Notes: generated from the letters alone by a model not told the origin. 17,557 nt of DNA from a bacterium (GCA_050125095.1 JASFEA010000069.1:1-17557), one strand, 5' to 3'; counted from the stretch's first letter, positions 8,663 through 16,114 are shown. Translations and numbers: made by a program.

Positions 8663-9847
8663 CTAGTGGTTGAATATCAGCATTACCTGCCCGCCGTAGC
8701 CTCCGCGCAGTATGAGGGGATTGTAGACCCCACCGGGCTCCTCGGGGCGGTTTTCCGGATAGTAGAACAGGCTCACGTTGAGAGACAGGTATGTCCAGTA
8801 ATGGTCCCAGGCCGCGTACTGCGAAAAGTCCTGGTTGTCCCAGGAGTAGAATGATATGGCCGACAGCCTGTCGACGTACCCGGCCGGGTAAGACAGCGAG
8901 AGCCCGCTCGTGTTGGATGTCTCGCCCGACTCGAAGGCCTGCTCGGACGAGTTCATGACCATATGCTCAAGCAGGGTATGAAGGCCGTTCCCGAGTCCGA
9001 AGGTGTAGTCGACACCGAGCGTGGTCATATTGAGCCACTTGTAGTTGTAAGGAATGGAGTCTGAATTCTTGTATGTCAGTGAAGTCTCGAACCATGCACC
9101 CACCACGACGTCCCACCTGCCGTCCAGCCCCAGCCTGTATTCGGGGAAGTCGGCTACGTAAGGGGCGGGGCCGTCGACGACGCGGTGGTGATAGGTAATG
9201 GCGGCCTCACCGGTGAGGAGCGGGAACTGCGCGCGCCCGCCGTACTCAACCCGGTCTGTAACCGAGGGCCACATCTCGTAGCCCTTGGGTTCGTCGTTTC
9301 CGTAGAGAAGCCAGAGCCAGATGGTGGAGTTCTCCGGGCTTACGTATTTGAATGTCGCTGCGTAGACTCCGTCGGTAAGGCTCTGAGGGTCACGCGGGTC
9401 CAGAACGTCGAACCAGCGGAGGGCTCTGAGAAGATAGGCGGGCCCGAAGTTGATTTGTTGCAGCCCCGCGCGAGTCTCGCTGCTCGCGCTCGCGAAGCGC
9501 AATTTCAAACGGTATAGGTCAACGTAAGCGGTGTCGTCGTCGATGTTGCTTACCCGGGAGGCGAGGGCGTCCAGCGAAGCCTCAAGGTCGAAAAAGGTGT
9601 TGTCGCTTGTCTGCTGGTAGAGCGTGAGCTGAGGTATGTAGCTTGCGCCTGTGCCGATGCCCCACCTGTCCTGATTCTCGACATGGTTCAGCCACGTCGA
9701 GGCCTGGCCCCTGAGTTCATAGGTTAAAGCGGACGCCTGATCATAAGCGAGCCCGAGGCTGGCGAGAATCAACGTCGCAAGGAATGCCGGCAACACTATA
9801 CGCATTTCTCGCCGCGTTTTCCGACGCCTTTTATACAAGCCCGTCAT
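8663..9847 (-). CDS. Hypothetical exported protein, probable outer-membrane beta-barrel
   Basis: Signal-peptide-like N-terminus (alternative start ATG 9805, MRIVLPAFLATLILASLGLA). Aromatic-rich alternating strands, 'RAGLQQINFG', and a terminal strand 'GGQVMLIFNH'. ATG 9847 forms an ATGA overlap with the tetR stop. Confidence 0.75.
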   Translation of the reverse strand: MTGLYKRRRKTRREMRIVLPAFLATLILASLGLAYDQASALTYELRGQASTWLNHVENQDRWGIGTGASYIPQLTLYQQTSDNTFFDLEASLDALASRVSNIDDDTAYVDLYRLKLRFASASSETRAGLQQINFGPAYLLRALRWFDVLDPRDPQSLTDGVYAATFKYVSPENSTIWLWLLYGNDEPKGYEMWPSVTDRVEYGGRAQFPLLTGEAAITYHHRVVDGPAPYVADFPEYRLGLDGRWDVVVGAWFETSLTYKNSDSIPYNYKWLNMTTLGVDYTFGLGNGLHTLLEHMVMNSSEQAFESGETSNTSGLSLSYPAGYVDRLSAISFYSWDNQDFSQYAAWDHYWTYLSLNVSLFYYPENRPEEPGGVYNPLILRGGYGGQVMLIFNH

Positions 9848-10449
9848 ATCTTGTCTCCGCCCTGCTCGCGGGGGAGCAGGCCATAGAAGAAAAGGCCGTT
9901 CAGGTCGCGCGCGAAATCCACGTTGTCGGTATAGGAGTCCCGGAGTTCCTTGTTGTGAGCGAGCTCGCCCATCTTGTCCAGGGCGGCCATGAAGAGCTCC
10001 GGTCGCACCTCCCGCATGTCGCCGCGCTTCTGGGCCCTCTCGGCGAATTCGAGGAAGAGGTGGAAGCTGCGCTCCCTGATCTCGTTCATGAAGGAGAGGA
10101 TCTCGGCGTCGCTGCCGAGGAGCTCCTCGATTAGATCGGGCGACATCTGAGACATGAGCGACATCTTGTATTGAAGTATGAGGTTTAGCTTCTCGGCGAA
10201 CGGCACCGGCATGGCGTCGATTTCATCGACCTTGCTGTAGGCCCGGTCTAGGAGATCGTTCCATGTGAACTTGAACACGTCGAGCTTGTTGGCGAAGTGC
10301 TTGTAGAAGGTCATCTTGCTCGTCTCCGCCTTCCGGCATATCTCTTCGACCGTAACCCTCTTGAATCCGAACCGGTTGAAAAGTCGCGACGCCGCAGCCA
10401 CGATGTCGGCCTTCTTATCCCCCCGGCGGTTTGTATTGCTGCGTGCCAT
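9844..10449 (-). CDS. TetR/AcrR family transcriptional regulator
   Basis: N-terminal HTH 'IVAAASRLFNRFGFKRVTVEEICRKAETSKMTFYKHFANK', 201 aa, GGGAG SD. Confidence 0.95.
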   Translation of the reverse strand: MARSNTNRRGDKKADIVAAASRLFNRFGFKRVTVEEICRKAETSKMTFYKHFANKLDVFKFTWNDLLDRAYSKVDEIDAMPVPFAEKLNLILQYKMSLMSQMSPDLIEELLGSDAEILSFMNEIRERSFHLFLEFAERAQKRGDMREVRPELFMAALDKMGELAHNKELRDSYTDNVDFARDLNGLFFYGLLPREQGGDKI

Positions 10450-10491
10450 GACGGCGTCTCCCGGACTATTCGCCTATACGTTTGGTAGACG

Positions 10492-10512
10492 TATATACTA
10501 TTATCGTATATA
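10492..10512. promoter_or_regulatory. Putative TetR operator 1: TATATAC-N7-GTATATA
   Basis: Perfect 7-bp inverted repeat abutting the -10 element and covering the predicted start site of the tetR operon promoter. Confidence 0.7.
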
Positions 10513-10540
10513 TTCTAACTCATAGTAAACGAATCGTCAA
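10512..10540 (-). promoter_or_regulatory. Sigma70-type promoter of the tetR operon
   Basis: Minus strand: TTGACG (10540-10535), 17 bp, TAGAAT (10517-10512). Confidence 0.75.
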
Positions 10541-10564
10541 CGGTGAATTTACGATATGCACATA

Positions 10565-10585
10565 TATATACCAATATCGTATAAT
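10565..10585. promoter_or_regulatory. Putative TetR operator 2: TATATAC-N7-GTATAAT, overlapping a + strand TATAAT (10580-10585)
   Basis: Near-direct copy of operator 1 (TATATACnantatcGTATA), offset by 73 bp. Confidence 0.6.
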
Positions 10586-10674
10586 ACTATGGTCTACGTA
10601 AGACCAGGCCAGCGTATCAGCCTCCGGATGAAACATGTGGAGACTCGTGAGTCGGGGGGCCTATAATGTAAAGC

Positions 10675-11145
10675 ATGGGAACACTCGGCTCCTTCTGGGG
10701 CGTGGGCGGCATACTCGCGGTAATCGGGTACGCCGTATTCAGGCTCGCCATCCGCGCACGTTATATCAGTACGTATGAACTAGTGTGGTATCACTGGGTA
10801 GTGCTTGTGCTCGGCACCCTGATCCTGGTCTACGTCAAATCTTATAGAGCTTTTCTGCTCAAGCTTGCCCCGAGAATCGCGACCAGGGCCAGAGATATAC
10901 GGGCCGAACCGAAACCTGCAAAAGTCATCTTCGCGCCGTTCTACTGCATGGGGTTCTTCGGGTCGGGCAGGCCGACACAGGTGAGAATAGTCTCCATAAC
11001 CCTGGCCATGGTGGCCCTGATCATAGTGGTCCGCTATCTGCCCGAGCCGTGGCGCGCTATCCTCGATTTCTGTATCGCAGTTGCCCTCGCTCTTGGTTTC
11101 TATTTCATACTTCTGGAGAGCCTTCGACATAAACCTGGGGATTAG
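10675..11145 (+). CDS. Hypothetical small integral membrane protein (about 4 TM)
   Basis: 156-aa ORF with four hydrophobic segments and a 'FAPFYCMGFF' motif, divergent from tetR. TATAAT lies 7 nt upstream of the ATG. Confidence 0.8.
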   Translation: MGTLGSFWGVGGILAVIGYAVFRLAIRARYISTYELVWYHWVVLVLGTLILVYVKSYRAFLLKLAPRIATRARDIRAEPKPAKVIFAPFYCMGFFGSGRPTQVRIVSITLAMVALIIVVRYLPEPWRAILDFCIAVALALGFYFILLESLRHKPGD

Positions 11146-11264
11146 GTCAGGAGTCACGGTCGCGTCCCCGCCGGGAAGAGGTCCTGTTAATGCCCGCCAC
11201 GAGTTTGTACTTGACATTTCATTTTGCAAAATGCTTCGCGCGCTGAACTAAAATCTCCACCTTC

Positions 11265-11294
11265 TTGACACTCGCTTCGGGCACTTGGTATAAT
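11265..11294 (+). promoter_or_regulatory. Consensus sigma70 promoter upstream of 6S RNA
   Basis: TTGACA (11265-11270), 18 bp, TATAAT (11289-11294), with an extended -10 TGn. Confidence 0.8.
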
Positions 11295-11350
11295 GATGTC
11301 AGATGGTGATGTTGACATCTGAAATCCAAAACCGAATAGCATAGATAGGC

Positions 11351-11539
11351 AAAAATCCCTGTCGGTGCACGAGGCTGCTCCAGCTTATTCTGAGCCAACA
11401 GCACTTTAAAGGGAGCTGAAATTCTTAGGCTGATTGAATGCCCGGCTTGCCCGGGAGCATGAGGTCTATGTGACGGCACCCACCTGGATTTATCCGGGAT
11501 TTGGAATAACCTGGGCACACGGCCATGACGGGGATTTTT
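11351..11539 (+). ncRNA. ssrS: 6S RNA
   Basis: About 189 nt whose ends pair (AAAAATCCCTGTC with GACGGGGATTTTT). Internal motifs recalled from 6S RNAs: CTGAGCCAAC, GGGAGC and GACGGCACCCACCTG. Strong promoter upstream, U-rich tail, and no credible ORF. Recognised by eye, not by a covariance model. Confidence 0.8.
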
Positions 11540-11544
11540 CTTTT

Positions 11545-11599
11545 GGGGTCAGGTCTCGGAATGCACAACCCATCGGGGTCAGGTCTCGGAATGCACAAC
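11545..11599 (+). repeat. Two identical 25-bp repeats GGGGTCAGGTCTCGGAATGCACAAC (REP-like dispersed family)
   Basis: Copies at 11545-11569 and 11575-11599. Confidence 0.9.
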
Positions 11600-11601
11600 G
11601 G

Positions 11602-11653
11602 TACCGCAGGGCTGTGCCACAGGGCTCTGCCGCAGGGCCTTGCCGCGGAGGCC
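11602..11653 (+). repeat. Degenerate 13-bp tandem repeat x4 (consensus TGCCGCAGGGCYN)
   Basis: taccgcagggctg / tgccacagggctc / tgccgcagggcct / tgccgcggaggcc. Confidence 0.7.
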
Positions 11654-11733
11654 TGTCGTCGCAGCGTTCACCTGAGCCGAGCCGCGCGCCGCATGTCGCG
11701 TCGAGCTACCGGGCCGGCCCCTTGGCGAGCTGC

Positions 11734-14700
11734 CTATCTCACCAGCAGCATTTTCTTGGTGGCAGTATACTCGGGCGCCGTCATCTTATAGAAGTAGACC
11801 CCGCTGGACACGCTTTCGCCCGCGAAATTCCTGCCGTCCCATCTTGCGGTATAGCGTCCCGGCTCTACAGGCCCGTCGACGAGGGTGGTCACATGCTGGC
11901 CCAGCGTGTTATAAACCCTTATGCTCACCGCGCCCGTCCGCGCTACTTCATACCGTACCTCGCAGGCTCCTGCCGCGGGATTGGGAGCGCTCTGGTGTAG
12001 TGCCCAGCGGAAGGTGCTTCCCGCCGGGATATCACTCGTCCCGCCCGTTCCGCTCCCGCCCGATGCCAGTCCGAAGATATCCTCGAGCACCGTGAGCAGC
12101 AAATCGACCCGCCCTTCGTAACGCCCTGCATCGAAGTCCTCGTATCCGGACGGCGCGTGGCCGTCGCAGTACCCGTATTGGTGATTCACGCTCGCGGAGA
12201 GATCGAAGTCTATGAAGACACTCTGGCCACTGCTCTGGTACTCCGAGTATATGGCCATGTCGGCGTCGGCGACGTCGGGATTGATGACCGACAGAAGGGC
12301 CTGGGTAACGTATCCTCCCGGCGGGGAAGTCTCTGTCTTCACCCAGCTCATGTCTTTAAGATACGGGCAGTCGCGGTAAATTGCCATTGTGTCCAGCCCG
12401 AGCGGAGTGGGTGTCGAGAACACGTTGATAGTCGGCACACCCTCGCAGTATACGTACGGTTTTACGAACGGCGAGTCCATCTCGCTCAAGTAATCGCAGC
12501 CCATGATACCGCTCATGAACTCCCCGCCCAGGGAGTCATAGCCCCCGCCGCCTTCCGACTCTGGCGCGACGTGGTAGGCCGCTCTGTCCCCGCATATCAC
12601 GATTTTACCCCCGGCCGCCAGGTAGTTGCGCATCTCAACCATAGCTTCCTTGTCGAAGAGGTAATTGGAATTATACGGGCCCGTGACCCAGATCACGGCG
12701 TCGTAATCGGTGTTCCAGGTGCAGAGATAGTGTATGTGCTCGTTTGCCCCGGCCCCGGAGATGTCGTAACGGTCGAAGCAGTATCCGGCGTCGGCAAGGG
12801 TGCGGGCGTATATGTCTTTCAGCGGCACCCTGTTCTCGGCCGTCGCGAAGCACTCGGCGTAGTCGAAGGCCGTCCGCGTAAAACCGTCGACCAACAGTAT
12901 CTTCGATTCCGAGAAGCTCTCGGGGTACATGGGGAGAATCGAGAACTCGAAATAGTCCGCGCTCAGCCCGGTGTGGTCGGCATGGCCCGGGTCGGCCTCC
13001 GCCGGGAAATAGGCTTCGTTGCTCGACTGGTCGGTGCACCTGACGTAATACCATGCTTCGGTGCCGGCATCCCACTCGGCCAGCCCGAAGGTGCTCGGGC
13101 AGAGAGTGGCATAATACTGACCGCCCAGGTCGGGCTCCTCGGGGTCCAGCGGCTCGGATTGGGTCATGGCGACGTTTATCCAGGTGGCTCCCTCGTCGAT
13201 CGTTCCGAAAAGCGTCACGGCCTGCACGTAGTCTTTGTCTATTACCTCAACGACGAACTGCTGGTATTTGGGATATGGGTGGGCCTCCCCGGAGTAATAG
13301 TTGAGCGTGTCCTGGTCGTACGCGGCAAAGAAGGAGTTGTAGGCGCAGAGATCTGTGAAGTACATGTCTTGAAGCATGTCTATGCTGCGCGCGTAAAACG
13401 CGGTCGCGCTGCCGTCGAAGTAGCCGACCGAGACGTTGTCGATAAGATGGTCGGTTCTGTAGTGCTTGCCGCCGCAGAAGTCACCGGGCTGGCTTACGTC
13501 CAGGAGATCAAAACCGAACTGCACCGACTCATCCGACGCGCTGTAAAACGCGGTGACATCCTCATTGCGGTCGAAGTCCCAGAAGAAGCAACCGCCATTC
13601 TCAGCGAAGCCGTCGATGTCTATCCACGGGCACCACGTGCCGCTGGGCGTGTCGAAGAAGCGGACCACCGAGTTCGTATAGTCGCAGGTATATTCCAGCG
13701 CGCATATATACTGGTCATACTGAATAACACATCCGGTCTCCTGGATGGGAATGGCGGGCGTTGTGAGCCTGTAAAACCAGCGATTCCTCCATGGCGTTCC
13801 GACCGGATAGCCGCCCTCAGGGCGCCCCCTGTATACTATCGAGCTGTCTATGGTGCACGTGCTTCGGTCGCCTCCGTCGCCTCCCTCATACGGCGGATCC
13901 GGATCCCAGGTCATATGCCACTGGTCGGTGACGCCCTCCGGGTCGGGGAAACTCCAGTAGGAGTCGAGACCACTCTCGAAATCGATCTCATATCTTTCGT
14001 CGTCGCCGTAGACGCCGACGTTGTCAATGAATGCCGCCCCGTCGGTGTCGACATTGCCGTCAGCGTCGCTCCAGGAATTGTCGGATGCGAAGCGCCAGCG
14101 GAAGATCGGCCCCGACGTGTAAGAATACTGCGACGCATCGATGCCGGCCTTGAAGGCCGGGACGCCGGTCTCCGTTCGGGTCTGCCAGTTGCATTGCGTG
14201 AGTCTGTTGGTGTCGGTATTGCCCCAGTGGTCCGGATTGGGGCCCGATCCCCCGCACGGGTCGCCGGGGTTGTTACTCGTTGCGTTGAAGACTCCAAAAG
14301 CCTCCCACTTGGTCCCGTCATAGAGCTCCAAGTAGAGGTAGTCGTACTTGCACTCGGTGTCGTACCTGGGATCGAACAGTAGCGTGCAGCCGTTTGCCAC
14401 GTCGAAGGTCTCCGGAAGCGTGAGCTGCGCGATGCAGTTCCACTGGTCGCCGTATCCCGGGGGTGTCACCCACGCGCCGCATTCGACCGGGCTTCCGTTC
14501 CAGAGGCTGTCGGATCCGCACCAGAGGGCCGAGTCACCGCAGTAGGACCTCTGGTCGGTGCGGTGCGAGCTCACGTGCCAGTAATTCACGTCGACCTGAG
14601 ACGGAAGCGCGCGCACGTCGTGATGCTTGAAACACTTAATATCCCACGGGGCGTATGTCCCGCAGGAGTCGCCCCAGGGCCAGTCGCTCTCGAAGCACCA

Positions 14701-14982
14701 TGTCTCTATGCCGCCGGGACCGCCCGTGCCCTCGCCGCCGTGTCCGCCGGCCGGGTCGCCGGGGCAGTGTGAACCGTCTACGTGCACTTGCACCCAGGTG
14801 GTATCGCCCGCCTGAAGAATGACGAAGGGCCCGGCGACCGGCGTCCTCCCCACGGCGTAGCCCGGTGGTGTGGCGGGCCTGGTGCTCGGCTTCATTGCCG
14901 ACAGCGGGGGCACACGGGCGAAAATAAGCGCTGCGGCAGACAGCATTATGGCAAGAAATGTGGTAGGCCCTCTGGATTTCAT
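11734..14982 (-). CDS. Large secreted Cys/Asp-rich multidomain protein with C-terminal FlgD-Ig / T9SS type A sorting domain
   Basis: ATG 14982 with a GAGGGG SD gives a signal peptide (MKSRGPTTFLAIMLSAAALIFA). C-terminus 'LHQSAPNP...IRVYNTLGQHVTTLVDG...WDGRNFAGESVSSGVYFYKM...KKMLLVR'. Two beta-sandwich-like modules end in IDNVGV and IDNVSV, and there is a GATase1-like alpha/beta segment (KILLVDG...YDAVIWVTG...YLAAGGKIVICG). Confidence 0.9.
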   Translation of the reverse strand: MKSRGPTTFLAIMLSAAALIFARVPPLSAMKPSTRPATPPGYAVGRTPVAGPFVILQAGDTTWVQVHVDGSHCPGDPAGGHGGEGTGGPGGIETWCFESDWPWGDSCGTYAPWDIKCFKHHDVRALPSQVDVNYWHVSSHRTDQRSYCGDSALWCGSDSLWNGSPVECGAWVTPPGYGDQWNCIAQLTLPETFDVANGCTLLFDPRYDTECKYDYLYLELYDGTKWEAFGVFNATSNNPGDPCGGSGPNPDHWGNTDTNRLTQCNWQTRTETGVPAFKAGIDASQYSYTSGPIFRWRFASDNSWSDADGNVDTDGAAFIDNVGVYGDDERYEIDFESGLDSYWSFPDPEGVTDQWHMTWDPDPPYEGGDGGDRSTCTIDSSIVYRGRPEGGYPVGTPWRNRWFYRLTTPAIPIQETGCVIQYDQYICALEYTCDYTNSVVRFFDTPSGTWCPWIDIDGFAENGGCFFWDFDRNEDVTAFYSASDESVQFGFDLLDVSQPGDFCGGKHYRTDHLIDNVSVGYFDGSATAFYARSIDMLQDMYFTDLCAYNSFFAAYDQDTLNYYSGEAHPYPKYQQFVVEVIDKDYVQAVTLFGTIDEGATWINVAMTQSEPLDPEEPDLGGQYYATLCPSTFGLAEWDAGTEAWYYVRCTDQSSNEAYFPAEADPGHADHTGLSADYFEFSILPMYPESFSESKILLVDGFTRTAFDYAECFATAENRVPLKDIYARTLADAGYCFDRYDISGAGANEHIHYLCTWNTDYDAVIWVTGPYNSNYLFDKEAMVEMRNYLAAGGKIVICGDRAAYHVAPESEGGGGYDSLGGEFMSGIMGCDYLSEMDSPFVKPYVYCEGVPTINVFSTPTPLGLDTMAIYRDCPYLKDMSWVKTETSPPGGYVTQALLSVINPDVADADMAIYSEYQSSGQSVFIDFDLSASVNHQYGYCDGHAPSGYEDFDAGRYEGRVDLLLTVLEDIFGLASGGSGTGGTSDIPAGSTFRWALHQSAPNPAAGACEVRYEVARTGAVSIRVYNTLGQHVTTLVDGPVEPGRYTARWDGRNFAGESVSSGVYFYKMTAPEYTATKKMLLVR

Positions 14983-15037
14983 CTTTGCCCCCTCGTCAAT
15001 TGATGTATCACGCCGTTCCATGAACCGCAGCATTGTA

Positions 15038-15066
15038 ATTATACCATAGAATACCGGTGGGGTCAG
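15038..15066 (-). promoter_or_regulatory. Putative sigma70 promoter of the large secreted-protein gene
   Basis: Minus strand: CTGACC (15066-15061), 17 bp, TATAAT (15043-15038), with an extended -10 TGn. Confidence 0.6.
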
Positions 15067-15112
15067 GTCTGAAAATGCACAGTGGTTGGGGCCAGGTCTG
15101 AAAATGCACAGT
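15059..15112 (+). repeat. Two 25-bp repeats GGGGYCAGGTCTGAAAATGCACAGT (same family as 11545-11599)
   Basis: Copies at 15059-15083 and 15088-15112, with one mismatch between them. Confidence 0.9.
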
Positions 15113-15130
15113 CGCGTATCCTTACGCGAC
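15111..15130 (-). terminator. 8-bp hairpin GTCGCGTA-TCCT-TACGCGAC, possible terminator of the 15177-15947 gene
   Basis: Perfect inverted repeat 46 bp past the stop codon. The adjacent U-tract is weak. Confidence 0.4.
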
Positions 15131-15176
15131 CATGAAGGGTTTCACACTGTTCCGGAGGGGGAACGACGAGAGTTGA

Positions 15177-15947
15177 CTATGTCAGATCGAAATTGAATGA
15201 AGGATCGAGTTCTCGGAGCTCCGCGGCGAGGAGGTCTACCCGGTGCTTGAGATCATCGTACCCCGGCCTCATGTCGGAGGCCGTCTTGAGCTTGAGATAG
15301 GCGTCCAGGAACTCGTCCTGCTTGATTTTAATCTTGAGCTGCTTGAGTGATTCCTCGACCGAGCGGTCGAGCACGTACACCTCGGCGTCCCTGAAACGCC
15401 TCTCGAGGTTGTATGGCTCGCCCTGGAGATAAGTGACAATGGTGACGTACTTGTCGAATCCGGTGGCGATTTCCTCCAGCACGCCCGCTAACGCCGCTTC
15501 GACGTCGGACACCATGTGAGTATATGTATATGCAAACCGGAAATGGGTTTCTCCCCTCCCCATTTGACCTTGTTTGCCGTTTGTACGTTCCGGCTCCTTC
15601 GAATAGGAGTCCGGGTTCTCGTTCTCGAAGAGCGCCACGGCCGTTACCAGCACATCGTCCTCTGTTCTGTAGATGACGTACTTGACCCTGGCGTCGCTGG
15701 CGTTTCGCAGGCGCCTGAAGAGATCGAGATCGGGCTCATTCAAATAGGGCTTCAGGTGCTCTGCCCGGGCCGGGTTCTTAAATGCGGCCATCAAACTTGA
15801 TATATAAATGTCCACCTCGTCCTTGAAGGCCTCCCTGGTGGCGGTTTTCTCGTCGCCGTAGCGCGTGAGAAGAAGGCAGTTGAGGGTTATCCCGGTCTGC
15901 TGGTTTAACTTGCCGATCTTTGTATTTTTTGAACCATCATGCTGCAT
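15177..15947 (-). CDS. Hypothetical soluble protein, 256 aa, with a helical/coiled-coil-like C-terminus
   Basis: Long ORF with GAGGAAGG SD and a charged, protein-like composition. No family recognised. Confidence 0.8.
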   Translation of the reverse strand: MQHDGSKNTKIGKLNQQTGITLNCLLLTRYGDEKTATREAFKDEVDIYISSLMAAFKNPARAEHLKPYLNEPDLDLFRRLRNASDARVKYVIYRTEDDVLVTAVALFENENPDSYSKEPERTNGKQGQMGRGETHFRFAYTYTHMVSDVEAALAGVLEEIATGFDKYVTIVTYLQGEPYNLERRFRDAEVYVLDRSVEESLKQLKIKIKQDEFLDAYLKLKTASDMRPGYDDLKHRVDLLAAELRELDPSFNFDLT

Positions 15948-16098
15948 TTTTACCTTCCTCTGAGTCTGGCGAGGGAGCCCGGGGCCCGCTCCTTGTTCCA
16001 GTGGGAGCGCCTTCGCGTGGGGCTTAGTGCGAGCCCCGAGCTGTTACTGCTAGTGTCAGTAAGGAGGCTTACGTGACCCATCGTCACCCTGTACATAA

Positions 16099-16114
16099 AG
16101 CACCTTGCGTGCCA
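16099..16114 (-). promoter_or_regulatory. Sigma54 (-24/-12) promoter
   Basis: Minus strand TGGCACGCAAGGTGCT matches TGGCAC-N5-TTGCW with one mismatch and correct GG-N10-GC spacing. Confidence 0.75.

Noticed and set aside
11219-11518. 99-aa minus-strand ORF that loosely resembled a transposase C-terminal remnant
   Set aside because: It lies antisense to the 6S RNA and its consensus promoter, which explain the sequence better. No HUH/Tyr motifs are present.
11622-11653. Resemblance of GGGCCTTGCCGC... to the rifamycin-associated element (RAE)
   Set aside because: The match is partial, arises from a 13-bp tandem repeat, lies about 7 kb from the dikinase and not in its promoter, and RAE is described from Actinobacteria.
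12157-14382. Long + strand ORFs antisense to real genes (12157-14382, 5306-6811, 3173-4165, 1156-1893, 11434-12000 and similar)
   Set aside because: These are shadow ORFs expected from GC-rich codon bias opposite well-supported CDSs, with no motifs of their own.
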